Source of the DNA: Candidatus Colwellbacteria bacterium RIFCSPLOWO2_02_FULL_44_20b
GTDB lineage: Bacteria > Patescibacteriota > Minisyncoccia > UBA6257 > Colwellbacteraceae
Direction: 5' to 3'
Assembly (NCBI GenBank): GCA_001817765.1
Contig: MHIZ01000037.1
Coordinates: 3,952 to 33,440 of the forward strand
DNA: 29,489 nt
Positions 8,493 through 18,231 of the stretch are shown here, piece after piece. The first letter of the stretch is position 1. Each line of letters opens with the position of its first letter. The translations under genes were made by a program, and so were the position numbers. The notes beneath the pieces are model-generated. The model had not been told where the DNA came from. It searched no databases and worked only from the letters and a program-made list of their open reading frames with translations.

Positions 8493-8520
8493 AGGTCGTC
8501 TCAATTAACAGAATAATTTT

Positions 8521-8877
8521 ATGAACTGGAAAAAGGCAGTTTTGTATGGATTGGCGCTTTGGGTTTTGATGTTTGTGATTATTTCGATTTTTGTGGCGTT
8601 TAAGATTTATGAGAACGTTGTTATGCAAGTCATCGGTGCTTTGATTGGCGGAGGCATTTCATATTTCTTTGTACGAAAGATTGGCGCTTCGAGTATGGTG
8701 AACGCGCTTACGTATGGCGCTTTGTTTATTATTATCGGGCTTATCCTTGATTTTGCTGTAACGAAGCGATTTAATGATCAGATTTTCGGAATGTGGTCGC
8801 TGTGGCTTGGGTATGGGTTGGTATTTCTTACGCCGCTTGCGGCGGTGAAGAAGAGTGTGCCTACGCAGGTTTCATAG
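8521..8877 (+). CDS. Four-TM membrane protein
   Basis: 118 aa with four hydrophobic helices. Confidence 0.75.
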   Translation: MNWKKAVLYGLALWVLMFVIISIFVAFKIYENVVMQVIGALIGGGISYFFVRKIGASSMVNALTYGALFIIIGLILDFAVTKRFNDQIFGMWSLWLGYGLVFLTPLAAVKKSVPTQVS

Positions 8878-8995
8878 GGGGCTTATTTGAAACGAATTGA
8901 CAAAAACTACCACTACGTGGCATTGTTTTTGTTGTCGAGATTTTATTACCTTGAGCAATCACTGATTTTTAGTCAGTGAGAAGGAGATCTTTAAT

Positions 8996-9187
8996 ATGAA
9001 CTCTTTTCTATTCGCTATATTGGTGGCGGCAGCATTTTCTATGGCGATTGTAGGCATCACCATTTCATATCGAGGATTTCGTTATGCAACGGCGGTAGCT
9101 CTTGTGTCCTTTATTTTTTTACTTCCGTTGTGGTTTATAGCTTATTTGTTGCAGGGGATTAGTTTTGCTTTGAGGAGCGGTTTTTGA
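8996..9187 (+). CDS. Small two-TM membrane protein
   Basis: 63 aa, hydrophobic; AAGGAG about 10 nt upstream; terminator overlaps the stop. Confidence 0.6.
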   Translation: MNSFLFAILVAAAFSMAIVGITISYRGFRYATAVALVSFIFLLPLWFIAYLLQGISFALRSGF

Positions 9188-9206
9188 CCGCTCCTTTTTG
9201 TTTTTT
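9173..9206 (+). terminator. Intrinsic terminator
   Basis: AGGAGCGGT-TTTTG-ACCGCTCCT plus a T-tract. Confidence 0.85.
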
Positions 9207-9220
9207 GGTATACTAGGGCT

Positions 9221-9904
9221 ATGCGGAAGGTAGCTGTATTTGATATTGACGGGACGTTGTTTCGATCGAGCCTCCTTATTGAGCTTGTGGACGCGCTTAT
9301 CCAGGAGGGGATTTTTTCGCCTGATGTGGGAAAACTTTACGAGAAGTCTTATAAAGACTGGCTTAATCGAAAAGATAGCTACGAAAATTATATCTGGGCG
9401 GTGATTATGGCTTTTAACAGCAATATTAAGGGTGTGCCGTACGGGCAGTTTCTTGAGGTCGCGCAGAAAGTGGTCGCGTTTCATAAGAGCCGTGTGTATC
9501 GCTACACACGGGATTTGATTCAGGATTTGAAAAAGAAGAATTATTTTTTACTCGCGATTTCGCAATCGCCAAAAACAGTGCTTGACCCGTTTTGCGAAGA
9601 ATTCGGGTTTGATAAAGTGTACGGGCGGTTGTATGAGACTGATGATAATGAGATTTTTACCGGAAATGCGATGTACGATACGTTGATGCAGGATAAAGCA
9701 AAAGTTTTACAACGGGCGGTTGCGAAAGAGGGGCTGACTTTGAAAGATTCATATGGAGTCGGGGATACCGAGAGCGATATTCCGCTTTTGAAGCTTGTTG
9801 AACATCCTGTTTGTTTTAATCCGAATCAAAAACTCTACACCTACGCGAAACACGCGGGGTGGCCAATTGTCGTGGAGCGGAAGGATGTTGTTTATAAATT
9901 ATAA
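9221..9904 (+). CDS. HAD-IB family hydrolase (SerB-like)
   Basis: FDIDGT motif I, ISQSP, K, GVGDTESDIP motif IV; TGgTATACT 6 nt upstream. Confidence 0.9.
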   Translation: MRKVAVFDIDGTLFRSSLLIELVDALIQEGIFSPDVGKLYEKSYKDWLNRKDSYENYIWAVIMAFNSNIKGVPYGQFLEVAQKVVAFHKSRVYRYTRDLIQDLKKKNYFLLAISQSPKTVLDPFCEEFGFDKVYGRLYETDDNEIFTGNAMYDTLMQDKAKVLQRAVAKEGLTLKDSYGVGDTESDIPLLKLVEHPVCFNPNQKLYTYAKHAGWPIVVERKDVVYKL

Positions 9905-9913
9905 ATTTACGCT

Positions 9914-10363
9914 ATGACTGTTGATATAAATTATTTGGCGGTGCTTGCGTTGGGAGTTGCAGCAATGGTTATTGGGAGTTTGTGGTATTCGCCAATTTTA
10001 TTTGGGAAGCCGTGGATGAAGTTAACCGGACTTACGGACGAGAAAATGGCGGACCCTCCTTCGCTAAAGCTTCGGACGGGCGAGGGAGAAGAAAAGAAGG
10101 GAGTTGCAGGCGCGTATATAGGAATGTTTATCGCGGCGCTTCTTACGGCGTACGTGATGGCGCATTTTGTTTCGCTCTTGGGAATTGTCGATTTCATGGG
10201 CGCGTTTCAACTCGCGGTATGGTCGTGGCTTGGATTCACGGCGGCGACAACAGCGGGGGATTATCTTTTCCTCAAAAAGCCGTTCACGCTTTATCTTATC
10301 AACGTCGGTTACTACTTACCGATATCTATCGTGATGGCGACGATTCTTACATTTTGGAAGTAG
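9914..10363 (+). CDS. DUF1761-like membrane protein with a short in-frame palindromic insertion
   Basis: INYLAV...GSLWYSPILFGKPWMKL N-terminus; ADPPSLKLRTGEG segment encoded by a repeat element. Confidence 0.85.
   Translation: MTVDINYLAVLALGVAAMVIGSLWYSPILFGKPWMKLTGLTDEKMADPPSLKLRTGEGEEKKGVAGAYIGMFIAALLTAYVMAHFVSLLGIVDFMGAFQLAVWSWLGFTAATTAGDYLFLKKPFTLYLINVGYYLPISIVMATILTFWK
10054..10086. repeat. Short palindromic REP-like element inside a CDS
   Basis: CCCTCCTTCGCTAAAGCTTCGGACGGGCGAGGG shares a 13 nt core (GCTAAAGCTTCGG) with the intergenic copy at 28691-28703. Confidence 0.7.
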
Positions 10364-10369
10364 ATTTTT

Positions 10370-10843
10370 ATGAAATACATTTTATTTTTTATTGTTGGGT
10401 TTCTCGCGCTCATTTTTCTCTTTCCGTTAAGCGCTCCAGTTGTTCCTTTCCAGGATTGGACGAGTTTTAATGTTTACTTTTTGAGTGAGGTTTTGGATCC
10501 TGAGGTAACGTGTGCGAAAGTTTTTCCGGTTTCACGAACGGTTCCTTATACTGAAGCGATTGGTCAGGCGACGCTTCAAGAACTTTTTAAAGGACCGACA
10601 GAAGGGGAACAAGAGGGCGGATATGGGACAAGTATACCCTCGGGAGTTCTTGTTCAGTCACTTAGTATTCGAGAAGGTGTCGCGTACGCTGACTTTAACG
10701 AGGCGCTTCAATTTCAGATCGGCGGATCGTGCCGAGTTTCGGCAATCCGCGCGCAGATTACCGAGACGCTCAAACAGTTTCCGACAGTTTCTAGTGTTGT
10801 GATTTCAATTGACGGACGGACAGAAGATATCTTACAACCTTAA
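10370..10843 (+). CDS. GerMN domain protein
   Basis: LQELFKGPTEGE...TSIP...AYADF...GGSCRVSAIRAQITETLKQFPTVSSVVISIDG. Confidence 0.88.
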   Translation: MKYILFFIVGFLALIFLFPLSAPVVPFQDWTSFNVYFLSEVLDPEVTCAKVFPVSRTVPYTEAIGQATLQELFKGPTEGEQEGGYGTSIPSGVLVQSLSIREGVAYADFNEALQFQIGGSCRVSAIRAQITETLKQFPTVSSVVISIDGRTEDILQP

Positions 10844-10871
10844 AAGGTCGTTCGATTTTTAATTTATTACT

Positions 10872-11054
10872 ATGAAAAAAATTTATTACATTCTTATCGC
10901 GGTCATTATTCTTTTGGTTCTTGGATTCTTCTTGTGGAAGGGTTCGGGTACGGATAAGGAGGTTTCTCCAACAGGAACAGCAACAAACCAAGAAGAACAA
11001 ATTCCGTCGCTTCCTTTTCCTCAAGAAGAAATTCCCGCAGAAGGCAAGGGTTAA
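10872..11054 (+). CDS. Small single-TM protein
   Basis: 60 aa, MKK plus TM plus acidic Pro-rich tail; AAAGGTCG 21 nt upstream. Confidence 0.65.
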   Translation: MKKIYYILIAVIILLVLGFFLWKGSGTDKEVSPTGTATNQEEQIPSLPFPQEEIPAEGKG

Positions 11055-11091
11055 TTTACAGACTTTTATTTTCGCTGTACGATAGGGCGTT

Positions 11092-12657
11092 ATGCATAAA
11101 CGCCATTTTTCGACGAGGTATCTTATTTTTATCGTTCTCGGGCTTTTCGCAGTTGGGCTTCTTATTGGTTATCTGGTTTCTGGTAACGGCGAACCGATTC
11201 AGGATTCGATTACCGTAGAGCGGGGAGTTATTTCTCAAGAGGTTATTATTACTGGCAAGGTGCGGCCGGCGGAAGACGCGAATCTTGCGTTTCAGACGAG
11301 CGGACGCGTGAACGCTCTCCCTGTTAGTGTCGGGGATCATGTTGTCGCGGGACAGATGCTCGCGCGGCTTGACGCGAGCGAATTGTATCCTCAGCTTGAG
11401 GAAGCGCAGGGAAGTCTCGCGGCACAGCAGGCGAAACTTGATGAGGTAAAACTTGGGGCACGAACTGAGGATATTGACGTAAAGCGAAGCGAATTTCAGA
11501 AGGCAGAACAGGATTTTGTTAATTACTACGCTGGAGCTCCTGACGTTCTTCAAGACGCGTACGCGAAAGCGGATGACGCGGTTACGCTTTATATCGACGC
11601 ACTTTTTACCAACGATGATTCTTCAACTCCCCAACTTTCTTTTATAACCGGCAATTCTCAGGCGGAAATTGACGCAGAGTCTTTACGATCTCAATCCGGA
11701 ACAATGCTTAGCGCGTGGCGTACGGAGCTCGGACCGCTTACGCCAAACTCTCCTCGAGAGAGTATCGACGCGAATCTCGCTCTCGGGATTCAACATCTTT
11801 CGCTTGTGCGTGAACTTCTCGCGCGCCTTCTTGATGCTCTTAATAGTTCTGGAGGCCTTTCAACCGCGACTATTGAGGCATACAAGACTGATGTGGGCAC
11901 GGCACGGACGAATGTGAATACGGCAATGTCGAATGTTAATACCCGCATTCAGACACTTGCGGCACAGAAGGTTACTGTTTCAAAACTTGATAACGAACTT
12001 ACTTTAAAGCTTGCCGGACCAACACTTGAGGCGCTTCGCGCGCAGGAAGCACAGGTTAACCAAGCTGAAGCACGCGTCCGTCTTATTGAGGCCCAACTTG
12101 CGAACACGTATCTCCGGGCGCCCTTTACCGGTGTTGTCACGAAGAAAAATTTTTCAGTCGGAGAAGTTGTAACCGCGCAGTCTTCGGTTATTTCGATGAT
12201 ATCGGAAGGAACGCTTGAGATTGAAACAAATGTTCCTGAGACGGATTTCGTAAGTATTTCTCCCGGGAATCCCGTGCGTATCACTTTTGACGCCTTACCT
12301 TCAGAAACATTTGACGGACTTGTTTCCTTTGTTGATCCGGCGGAGACAATTATTGATGGCGTTGTCAATTTTGCCGTAACGATTTCTTTTGCCTCGGCTG
12401 ATCCGCGCATCAAAAGCGGACTTACTGCGAATCTTACGATTGAAACACTTACACAAGCGGATATATTATTTGTTCCGCAAGCGGCACTTCTTGAGGATGA
12501 TCGAGGGGTTTTCGTGCAAAAGGTTGTTGATGGCGAAGTTGTGGAAACTTCAGTTACGGTTGGTATCCGCAGTCAAACTGGTATGGTTCAGCTTCTTTCA
12601 GGAGTTTCCGAGGGCGATACAGTCTTGAATGTTGGTGCTCGCCCGACGACTAACTAG
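11092..12657 (+). CDS. Periplasmic adaptor/membrane fusion subunit (MacA/HlyD-like)
   Basis: N-terminal TM, lipoyl-like motifs (SGRVNALPVSVGDHV; LRAPFTGVV), long alpha-helical hairpin. Confidence 0.9.
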   Translation: MHKRHFSTRYLIFIVLGLFAVGLLIGYLVSGNGEPIQDSITVERGVISQEVIITGKVRPAEDANLAFQTSGRVNALPVSVGDHVVAGQMLARLDASELYPQLEEAQGSLAAQQAKLDEVKLGARTEDIDVKRSEFQKAEQDFVNYYAGAPDVLQDAYAKADDAVTLYIDALFTNDDSSTPQLSFITGNSQAEIDAESLRSQSGTMLSAWRTELGPLTPNSPRESIDANLALGIQHLSLVRELLARLLDALNSSGGLSTATIEAYKTDVGTARTNVNTAMSNVNTRIQTLAAQKVTVSKLDNELTLKLAGPTLEALRAQEAQVNQAEARVRLIEAQLANTYLRAPFTGVVTKKNFSVGEVVTAQSSVISMISEGTLEIETNVPETDFVSISPGNPVRITFDALPSETFDGLVSFVDPAETIIDGVVNFAVTISFASADPRIKSGLTANLTIETLTQADILFVPQAALLEDDRGVFVQKVVDGEVVETSVTVGIRSQTGMVQLLSGVSEGDTVLNVGARPTTN

Positions 12658-12658
12658 T

Positions 12659-13369
12659 ATGATCGAGGTTTCGAAACTTTCAAAAGATTATCGGGATGAC
12701 GGAACGGTAACGCACGCGCTCCGCGATGTTTCATTTTCTATTAAGCCCGGCGAGTTTGTGGCGATTATGGGGCCTTCCGGTTCCGGTAAATCAACATTGC
12801 TACATATTTTGAGTTTTTTAGATCGACCGACACGGGGTATCTATACATTTTTAGGGAACGATATGCAGACACTCGTGGATCACGAGCTCGCGTACACGCG
12901 AAATAAGGAGATGGGGTTTATTTTTCAGTCATTTAATTTGCTTTCACGCGCTTCGGTCTATGAGAATGTCGAGTTGCCTTTGCTCTACGCGCATATGCCG
13001 GTTGGGGATCGACGGCACCTTGTCGAGGCGGCTATCGAGAGCGTTGGGCTTAGCGATAAAATTTTAGTTGAAGCGGGCAAGCTTTCCGGCGGACAAAAAC
13101 AGCGGGTCGCGATCGCGCGGGCGCTTGTTAACAAGCCGCAGATTATTTTCGCGGATGAGCCAACGGGGAATCTTGATTCGCATTCGGGCGCCCAGGTGAT
13201 GGAGATTCTTCAAAAACTTAACGACGAGGGACACACTATTATTCTCGTTACTCACGAAACGTATACCGCGGAGTTCGCAGATCGGCTCATTAAGATTCGC
13301 GATGGTATGGTCGAGTCTGACATAAGAATAGAAAAACGGCGGCACGGCGGCAAAGATTTTTTCAAATAA
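12659..13369 (+). CDS. ABC transporter ATP-binding protein (MacB/LolD-like)
   Basis: [39 protein letters not shown]; ATG at 12659 preferred over 12629. Confidence 0.95.
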   Translation: MIEVSKLSKDYRDDGTVTHALRDVSFSIKPGEFVAIMGPSGSGKSTLLHILSFLDRPTRGIYTFLGNDMQTLVDHELAYTRNKEMGFIFQSFNLLSRASVYENVELPLLYAHMPVGDRRHLVEAAIESVGLSDKILVEAGKLSGGQKQRVAIARALVNKPQIIFADEPTGNLDSHSGAQVMEILQKLNDEGHTIILVTHETYTAEFADRLIKIRDGMVESDIRIEKRRHGGKDFFK

Positions 13370-13384
13370 CAAAACCTATTTCTA

Positions 13385-14629
13385 ATGCTTCTTCGAGATT
13401 CATTCAAAACAGCGGTTCATGGACTTCGACACGCGAAAGTGCGATCGCTTCTCACAATGCTTGGTATTGTTATCGGTATCGCGTCCGTGATTTTGCTTAT
13501 GTCGATCGGTTCTTCGGCGCAGAGTCTTATCCTTGATCAGGTGCGGGGGATCGGTTCGGATCTTGTTTTCATTGTTCCGGGAGCGACAAAGGGTTCGCGA
13601 TTTTCTTCACCGCCTTCAGCACAAGGGATTATTATCAAAACACTTACGGAACGGGACGCGGACGCGCTTCGACGCGAACAATCGCTTCTCGCGGTTGCGC
13701 CTGAAGTGCGGGGACAGACAAAGGTTGTTTATCAGAACAATGATCTCACCGTTACTTTCGGCGGCGTGACACACGAATTTTTTATTGTCCGAAACCTAGA
13801 GCTTAGCTCGGGCAGAACGTTTACAGAGACTGATGTCCGTTCGTTCAATCATGTCGCGGTTATCGGTTCGAAACTCGCGGAAACATTATTTGGATCACAA
13901 ACAGCGGTTGATAAGACAATTCGCGTCAAAAACTTATCGATCCGCGTTATCGGCGTGCTTGACGAAGAGGGACTGGGACCCATGGGTGTTGATCAGGATA
14001 ATATGGTTCTTTTGCCGCTTTCGGTCGCACAAAAGCAATTACTTGGCATCGACTACTACAATCTTGTAACAGCGCAGGCGAATAGTGCCTACACCGCAGA
14101 ATTTGCTCAGGGTAGAATCGTCTCTGTTCTGCGTCAGAACCATCGCATCACAGATCCTGATAAGGATGATTTTACCGTGCAGACGCAAGAAGACGCGCTC
14201 TCGCTTCTTGGGGACATTACCTCAATTATGACTGTGTTTCTTACCTCGATTGCTTTTATCTCACTTGTTGTCGGCGGTATCGGGATTATGAATATTATGC
14301 TCGTGTCGGTTGTTGAGCGGACAAAAGAAATTGGGCTTCGTAAGGCGCTTGGCGCCACGAACGGGGATATCCTCCAGCAATTTTTACTTGAATCAATGCT
14401 TCTTACATTTCTTGGCGGTGTTATCGGTATTCTTATCGGCGCGTTTTTCGTGACGCTTGCCTATCTTATTCTTTCGAATACACTCGCGACCGGATGGGCA
14501 TTTTCGCTACCGCCTTCGGCGATCGGGCTCGCGGTTACGGTTTCAACTCTTACAGGCGTTGTGTTCGGATTGTACCCGGCACGGAAAGCGTCGCGTAAAG
14601 ATCCCATAGAAGCGTTGCGTTACGAGTAG
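13385..14629 (+). CDS. ABC transporter permease (MacB/FtsX family)
   Basis: RSLLTMLGIVIG...GGIGIMNIMLVSVVERTKEIGLRKALGA...YPARKASRKDPIEALRYE. Confidence 0.95.
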   Translation: MLLRDSFKTAVHGLRHAKVRSLLTMLGIVIGIASVILLMSIGSSAQSLILDQVRGIGSDLVFIVPGATKGSRFSSPPSAQGIIIKTLTERDADALRREQSLLAVAPEVRGQTKVVYQNNDLTVTFGGVTHEFFIVRNLELSSGRTFTETDVRSFNHVAVIGSKLAETLFGSQTAVDKTIRVKNLSIRVIGVLDEEGLGPMGVDQDNMVLLPLSVAQKQLLGIDYYNLVTAQANSAYTAEFAQGRIVSVLRQNHRITDPDKDDFTVQTQEDALSLLGDITSIMTVFLTSIAFISLVVGGIGIMNIMLVSVVERTKEIGLRKALGATNGDILQQFLLESMLLTFLGGVIGILIGAFFVTLAYLILSNTLATGWAFSLPPSAIGLAVTVSTLTGVVFGLYPARKASRKDPIEALRYE

Positions 14630-14696
14630 TACAGTAACGGGAAACTTATAAATACGTTATTATTAAGGCGACTACTTATTATTAATCCTTATATTT

Positions 14697-15470
14697 ATGG
14701 ATACATCACTTCTTAATAGAAATTTACTTGTTCCGGCTATTATTGTTTTAGTCATACTTCTTGGTATCAGTATTTGGGGACTTATGCTTCCTCGGAACCA
14801 ATCGGTTGAAATTCAAAATTTTAATCAATGCGCGGCGGCAGGAAATCAGGTTATGGAATCGTATCCGCGACAATGTCGATCGGCTGACGGACGCCTCTTT
14901 GTTGAGGAAATTACCCCGCCTGTTAGCGAAGATATGTCGTCACTTATTGTTGTTGAGACACCACAACCAAACAAGCTTGTTACTAGCCCGCTTTTTATTG
15001 AAGGACGGGCACGCGGTTCGTGGTTTTTTGAAGCATCATTTCCTTTGCGACTTTTTGATGGCAACGGCAAAGAAATTCTTGTTACTCCAGTTCAGGCACA
15101 GGATGAGTGGATGACTGAAGATTTTGTACCGTTTAGTATTCAGCTTACTTTTGAAATGCCTGAGACTGACACAGGGACGCTTGTATTTCAAAAGGACAAT
15201 CCATCGGGCTTGCCGGAGTATGACAAGCAGCTTGAGGTTCCTATTCGTTTCAAACCAGATATTACTAAAGCGTGTGTTCCAACGGGGTGTAGCGGGCAGG
15301 TTTGTTCAGATACAAAAGTTTTTACCACGTGTGAATACAAACCAGAATATGCTTGCTATAAAAACGCGATATGCGAGCGACAGGCAGATGGCGTCTGTGG
15401 GTGGACAGAGAACCCAATGTTTACAAGTTGTATTCAGAAAAATAAGACAAGCGGACCAGCGCTTCAATGA
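14697..15470 (+). CDS. Membrane-anchored protein with Gmad2-like Ig domain and C-terminal eight-cysteine domain
   Basis: NFNQCAAAGNQVMESYPRQC; VTSPLFIEGRARGSWFFEASFP; GCSGQVC...TTCEY...CY...CGW with 8 Cys. Confidence 0.8.
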   Translation: MDTSLLNRNLLVPAIIVLVILLGISIWGLMLPRNQSVEIQNFNQCAAAGNQVMESYPRQCRSADGRLFVEEITPPVSEDMSSLIVVETPQPNKLVTSPLFIEGRARGSWFFEASFPLRLFDGNGKEILVTPVQAQDEWMTEDFVPFSIQLTFEMPETDTGTLVFQKDNPSGLPEYDKQLEVPIRFKPDITKACVPTGCSGQVCSDTKVFTTCEYKPEYACYKNAICERQADGVCGWTENPMFTSCIQKNKTSGPALQ

Positions 15471-15589
15471 AAAATTACGCGAAAGTCGGAAATCGAAAAG
15501 GACTTCCTGCGTATAGAACGTCTTCGCAGTTTCGATATCGGCAGTTCGTGAAACTTCAGAAAGTTGCTCGACGCGATAAAAAGCGGTAA
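15467..15589 (+). CDS. Possible 40 aa basic microprotein (not in the ORF track)
   Basis: MKNYAKVGNRKGLPAYRTSSQFRYRQFVKLQKVARRDKKR; ATGA overlap with the upstream stop; fills the gap before truB. Confidence 0.35.
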   Translation: MKNYAKVGNRKGLPAYRTSSQFRYRQFVKLQKVARRDKKR

Positions 15590-15598
15590 CTTTCCTTT

Positions 15599-16258
15599 GT
15601 GGAAAACATTTTTGCGGTTTGGAAACCAAAGGGACCAACATCGAATGATGTTTTGAACGTGATTCGCAAATTCGCGGGCACACGGCATATAGGCCACGCC
15701 GGGACACTTGATCCTTTAGCGGAAGGCATTCTTGTCGTCGGTATAGGGCGTGACGCGACAAAGAATTTTCACGAAGTGGTGCAAAAAGAGAAGGAGTATT
15801 TGGCGGTTATTAAACTTGGAGTAACGAGCACGACTGATGATGAAGAGGGAGAGAAAACAGAACATCGAGTTGTAACTCTTCCTCATAGAGGACTTGTTGA
15901 GGAAACTACACATTATTTTAAAGGCGTATACAACCAAGTTCCTCCTGTTTATAGCGCTATCAAGGTTCAGGGAGAGGAGGCATATAAACGAGTTCGGCGT
16001 GGAGAAAAAGTCGTACTTCAAGCCAGGCCCGCTGAAATAAAAGAGATTGCAGTACTTTCGTATACGTGGCCGGAGCTTCGGATTCGCGTTGTGACCGGGC
16101 CAGGCGTATACGTTCGCGCGCTTGCGCGGGATATCGGTGATCGGCTTTCTACAGGTGGGTATCTTACGAACCTTGTTCGAACTCGGGTTGGTGAGTTTAC
16201 GAAAGAAAAAAGCTTTACACTTCAGGAGATTGAACGGCGCTTTGTCTCGAAATCTTAA
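15599..16258 (+). CDS. truB: tRNA pseudouridine(55) synthase
   Basis: KPKGPTS, GHAGTLDPLAEG, PPVYSAIKVQG, GVYVRALARDIG; short form without PUA domain; GTG start. Confidence 0.95.
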   Translation: MENIFAVWKPKGPTSNDVLNVIRKFAGTRHIGHAGTLDPLAEGILVVGIGRDATKNFHEVVQKEKEYLAVIKLGVTSTTDDEEGEKTEHRVVTLPHRGLVEETTHYFKGVYNQVPPVYSAIKVQGEEAYKRVRRGEKVVLQARPAEIKEIAVLSYTWPELRIRVVTGPGVYVRALARDIGDRLSTGGYLTNLVRTRVGEFTKEKSFTLQEIERRFVSKS

Positions 16259-16275
16259 TCAGGTACTATAGATAT

Positions 16276-16614
16276 ATGATTATTGATTTACGAACAAAAA
16301 AATGCGTTCCGTGCGAAGGCGGCGTGCCACCGATTACAGGCGCGCACATCCAGGAATATCTTCAGGCGCTTACACTTCTATGGGAAGTTGTTGAGGAGAA
16401 AAAGATTCGACACGAGTTTGTGTTTAAGAATTTCAAAGAAGCAATGATTTTTGTAAACCGCGTCGCGGAACTTGCTGAAGCTGAAGGACATCATCCCGAT
16501 GCGCATATTTCTTATAATAAGGTTGTTTTAGAACTTTGGACGCACGCTATCAGCGGCCTTTCTGAAAATGATTTCATTTTAGCCAGTAAGATTGAGGCTT
16601 TCTTGACAGTTTAA
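16276..16614 (+). CDS. phhB: Pterin-4-alpha-carbinolamine dehydratase
   Basis: AEAEGHHPD...LWTHAISGLSENDFILA. Confidence 0.92.
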   Translation: MIIDLRTKKCVPCEGGVPPITGAHIQEYLQALTLLWEVVEEKKIRHEFVFKNFKEAMIFVNRVAELAEAEGHHPDAHISYNKVVLELWTHAISGLSENDFILASKIEAFLTV

Positions 16615-16695
16615 CCTCTTTATGGGTTTTGTATTGACAATTCGGCCCCCTATACTAGAGTAAGAGCAGATTATAAACCAATAAACGTCGCTTTT

Positions 16696-17325
16696 ATGGA
16701 TCAAAACAACAACACAGGTGGACAACACCAGCATCCTCATCAGCAACAGCAGATGTCGATGAACCGCGGTGGTCAAGGGGGAACGACCCAAGCGGCGACG
16801 GAAGGGGCAACGCATTCAACACGCAAGGTCGTCATTATTGCAATCATTGCTTTTCTTGTCGGTCTTTTAATCGGCAATATCAGCAGAGATCGCTCAATGG
16901 ATTTGACAGACGATACGGTTTCTGGAGGGGAGGAGATTGTGCAAAACGGCAATGAGCTTACTGAGGGTGAGTCGGCGGCGAACGTCATAGTCGTTAATGA
17001 TCAGCCGGCTGGGAACAAGATTGTCGTCGCTTCAGTTACTTTAGAAGAGGACAGTTGGATAGCGATTCAAGAAGATCGGGACGGCAGTCTCGGTAATATT
17101 CTTGGCGCGCGACTCTTTGCCGCTGGCACGAACGCGGGCGAGGTTCGCCTTATGCGGAGCACAGCCGTAGGAGGAATGTACTATGCAGTTATTCGTCCTG
17201 ATGACGGCAATCCCGATGACTTTGATTTTCGAGGCGTGGATGCTCCACTTCAAGACGCGGAAGGAAATGTTGTGATGGCGAAGTTCACGGCGACTGGCCC
17301 TCAGCCGGAACCGATTGAGCAATAA
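16696..17325 (+). CDS. Membrane-anchored hypothetical protein with low-complexity Q/H/G N-terminus
   Basis: NNNTGGQHQHPHQQQQ, one TM, C-terminal beta-rich domain; TTGACA-N16-TAGAGT at 16634-16661. Confidence 0.75.
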   Translation: MDQNNNTGGQHQHPHQQQQMSMNRGGQGGTTQAATEGATHSTRKVVIIAIIAFLVGLLIGNISRDRSMDLTDDTVSGGEEIVQNGNELTEGESAANVIVVNDQPAGNKIVVASVTLEEDSWIAIQEDRDGSLGNILGARLFAAGTNAGEVRLMRSTAVGGMYYAVIRPDDGNPDDFDFRGVDAPLQDAEGNVVMAKFTATGPQPEPIEQ

Positions 17326-17360
17326 CATCAAGAATATAGAAGTTAGAATATAGAATATAG

Positions 17361-17392
17361 GAAAAGATGGCGGAAACGCCATCTTTTCTTTT
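17361..17392 (+). terminator. Intrinsic terminator
   Basis: Perfect 12 bp stem GAAAAGATGGCG-GAAA-CGCCATCTTTTC plus TTTT. Confidence 0.9.
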
Positions 17393-17409
17393 GCAGTATA
17401 CTTGGTCTT

Positions 17410-18231
17410 ATGAATCCGTTTGAGTTCAGAAAAGTTGTTTATGCGTATTATAAGAAGTACAAGCGGGAGCTTCCGTGGAGAAGGAATATTAATCCGTATC
17501 GCATTCTTGTTTCAGAAATTATGCTTCAGCAAACGCAGGTTAGCCGTGTTGTTCCGAAGTATAAGGAGTTTTTGAAATCATTTCCTACGTTTAAAGCTCT
17601 TGCGGTTGTGCCGCTTCGAGACGTGGTGCGTGTTTGGCAAGGATTGGGATATAACCGGCGGGCAATCGCACTTCATCGCATCGCGCGGATTGTTATGGAT
17701 CAGTACCACGGAAAGCTGCCGCGTACTCCTGAAGCGCTTCTCGAACTTCCGGGTATTGGGCCGGCGACAGCAGCATCAATCGCGGCTTTTGCTTTCAATA
17801 TACCGACGGTTTTTATCGAGACAAATATCAGGAGTGTTTTTATTCATTTCTTTTTTAAAGGACAAGACAAGTTCGCCCGAGGGCGAGATAAAATTTCTGA
17901 TTCTGATATTTATCCGCTTGTTGAAAAGACGCTTGATAGGAAGAATCCTCGCGAGTGGTATTACGCGCTTATGGATTATGGCGTGATGCTGAAGACGAGT
18001 CAGGAGAATCCCAGCCGACGGAGCAAACATTACACGAAACAAAGTCGATTCAGGGGTTCGCATCGCGAACTTCGAGGAAAGATTCTTAAAGCGCTTATTT
18101 CTTCGCCGTTTTCTGAAAAGCAAATTATCACAGAAACAGGACGGAACACGCAGGACGTGAGACGAGCGCTTGACGATCTCCGGGAGGAAGGGTTTATTAC
18201 AAAGAAGCGAATTACGTTTTATCTTCAATGA
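17410..18231 (+). CDS. mutY: A/G-specific adenine glycosylase, Fe-S cluster-less type
   Basis: LPWR, VSEIMLQQTQV, WQGLGYNRRA, HhH LPGIGPATA; no cysteine in the protein. Confidence 0.85.
   Translation: MNPFEFRKVVYAYYKKYKRELPWRRNINPYRILVSEIMLQQTQVSRVVPKYKEFLKSFPTFKALAVVPLRDVVRVWQGLGYNRRAIALHRIARIVMDQYHGKLPRTPEALLELPGIGPATAASIAAFAFNIPTVFIETNIRSVFIHFFFKGQDKFARGRDKISDSDIYPLVEKTLDRKNPREWYYALMDYGVMLKTSQENPSRRSKHYTKQSRFRGSHRELRGKILKALISSPFSEKQIITETGRNTQDVRRALDDLREEGFITKKRITFYLQ

Noticed and set aside
11092-14629. MacAB-like exporter without TolC
   Set aside because: Common arrangement in monoderm-like and CPR genomes; not unusual.
15468-15660. In-frame continuation of the Gmad2 gene through two TGA codons, suggesting TGA recoding (code 25)
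   Set aside because: Several clear genes end in TGA (6783, 8023, 18231, 20398) and the conserved genes contain no internal TGA.
17335-17360. Short AGAATAT repeats before the terminator
   Set aside because: Only three copies in an AT-rich spacer; no functional evidence.
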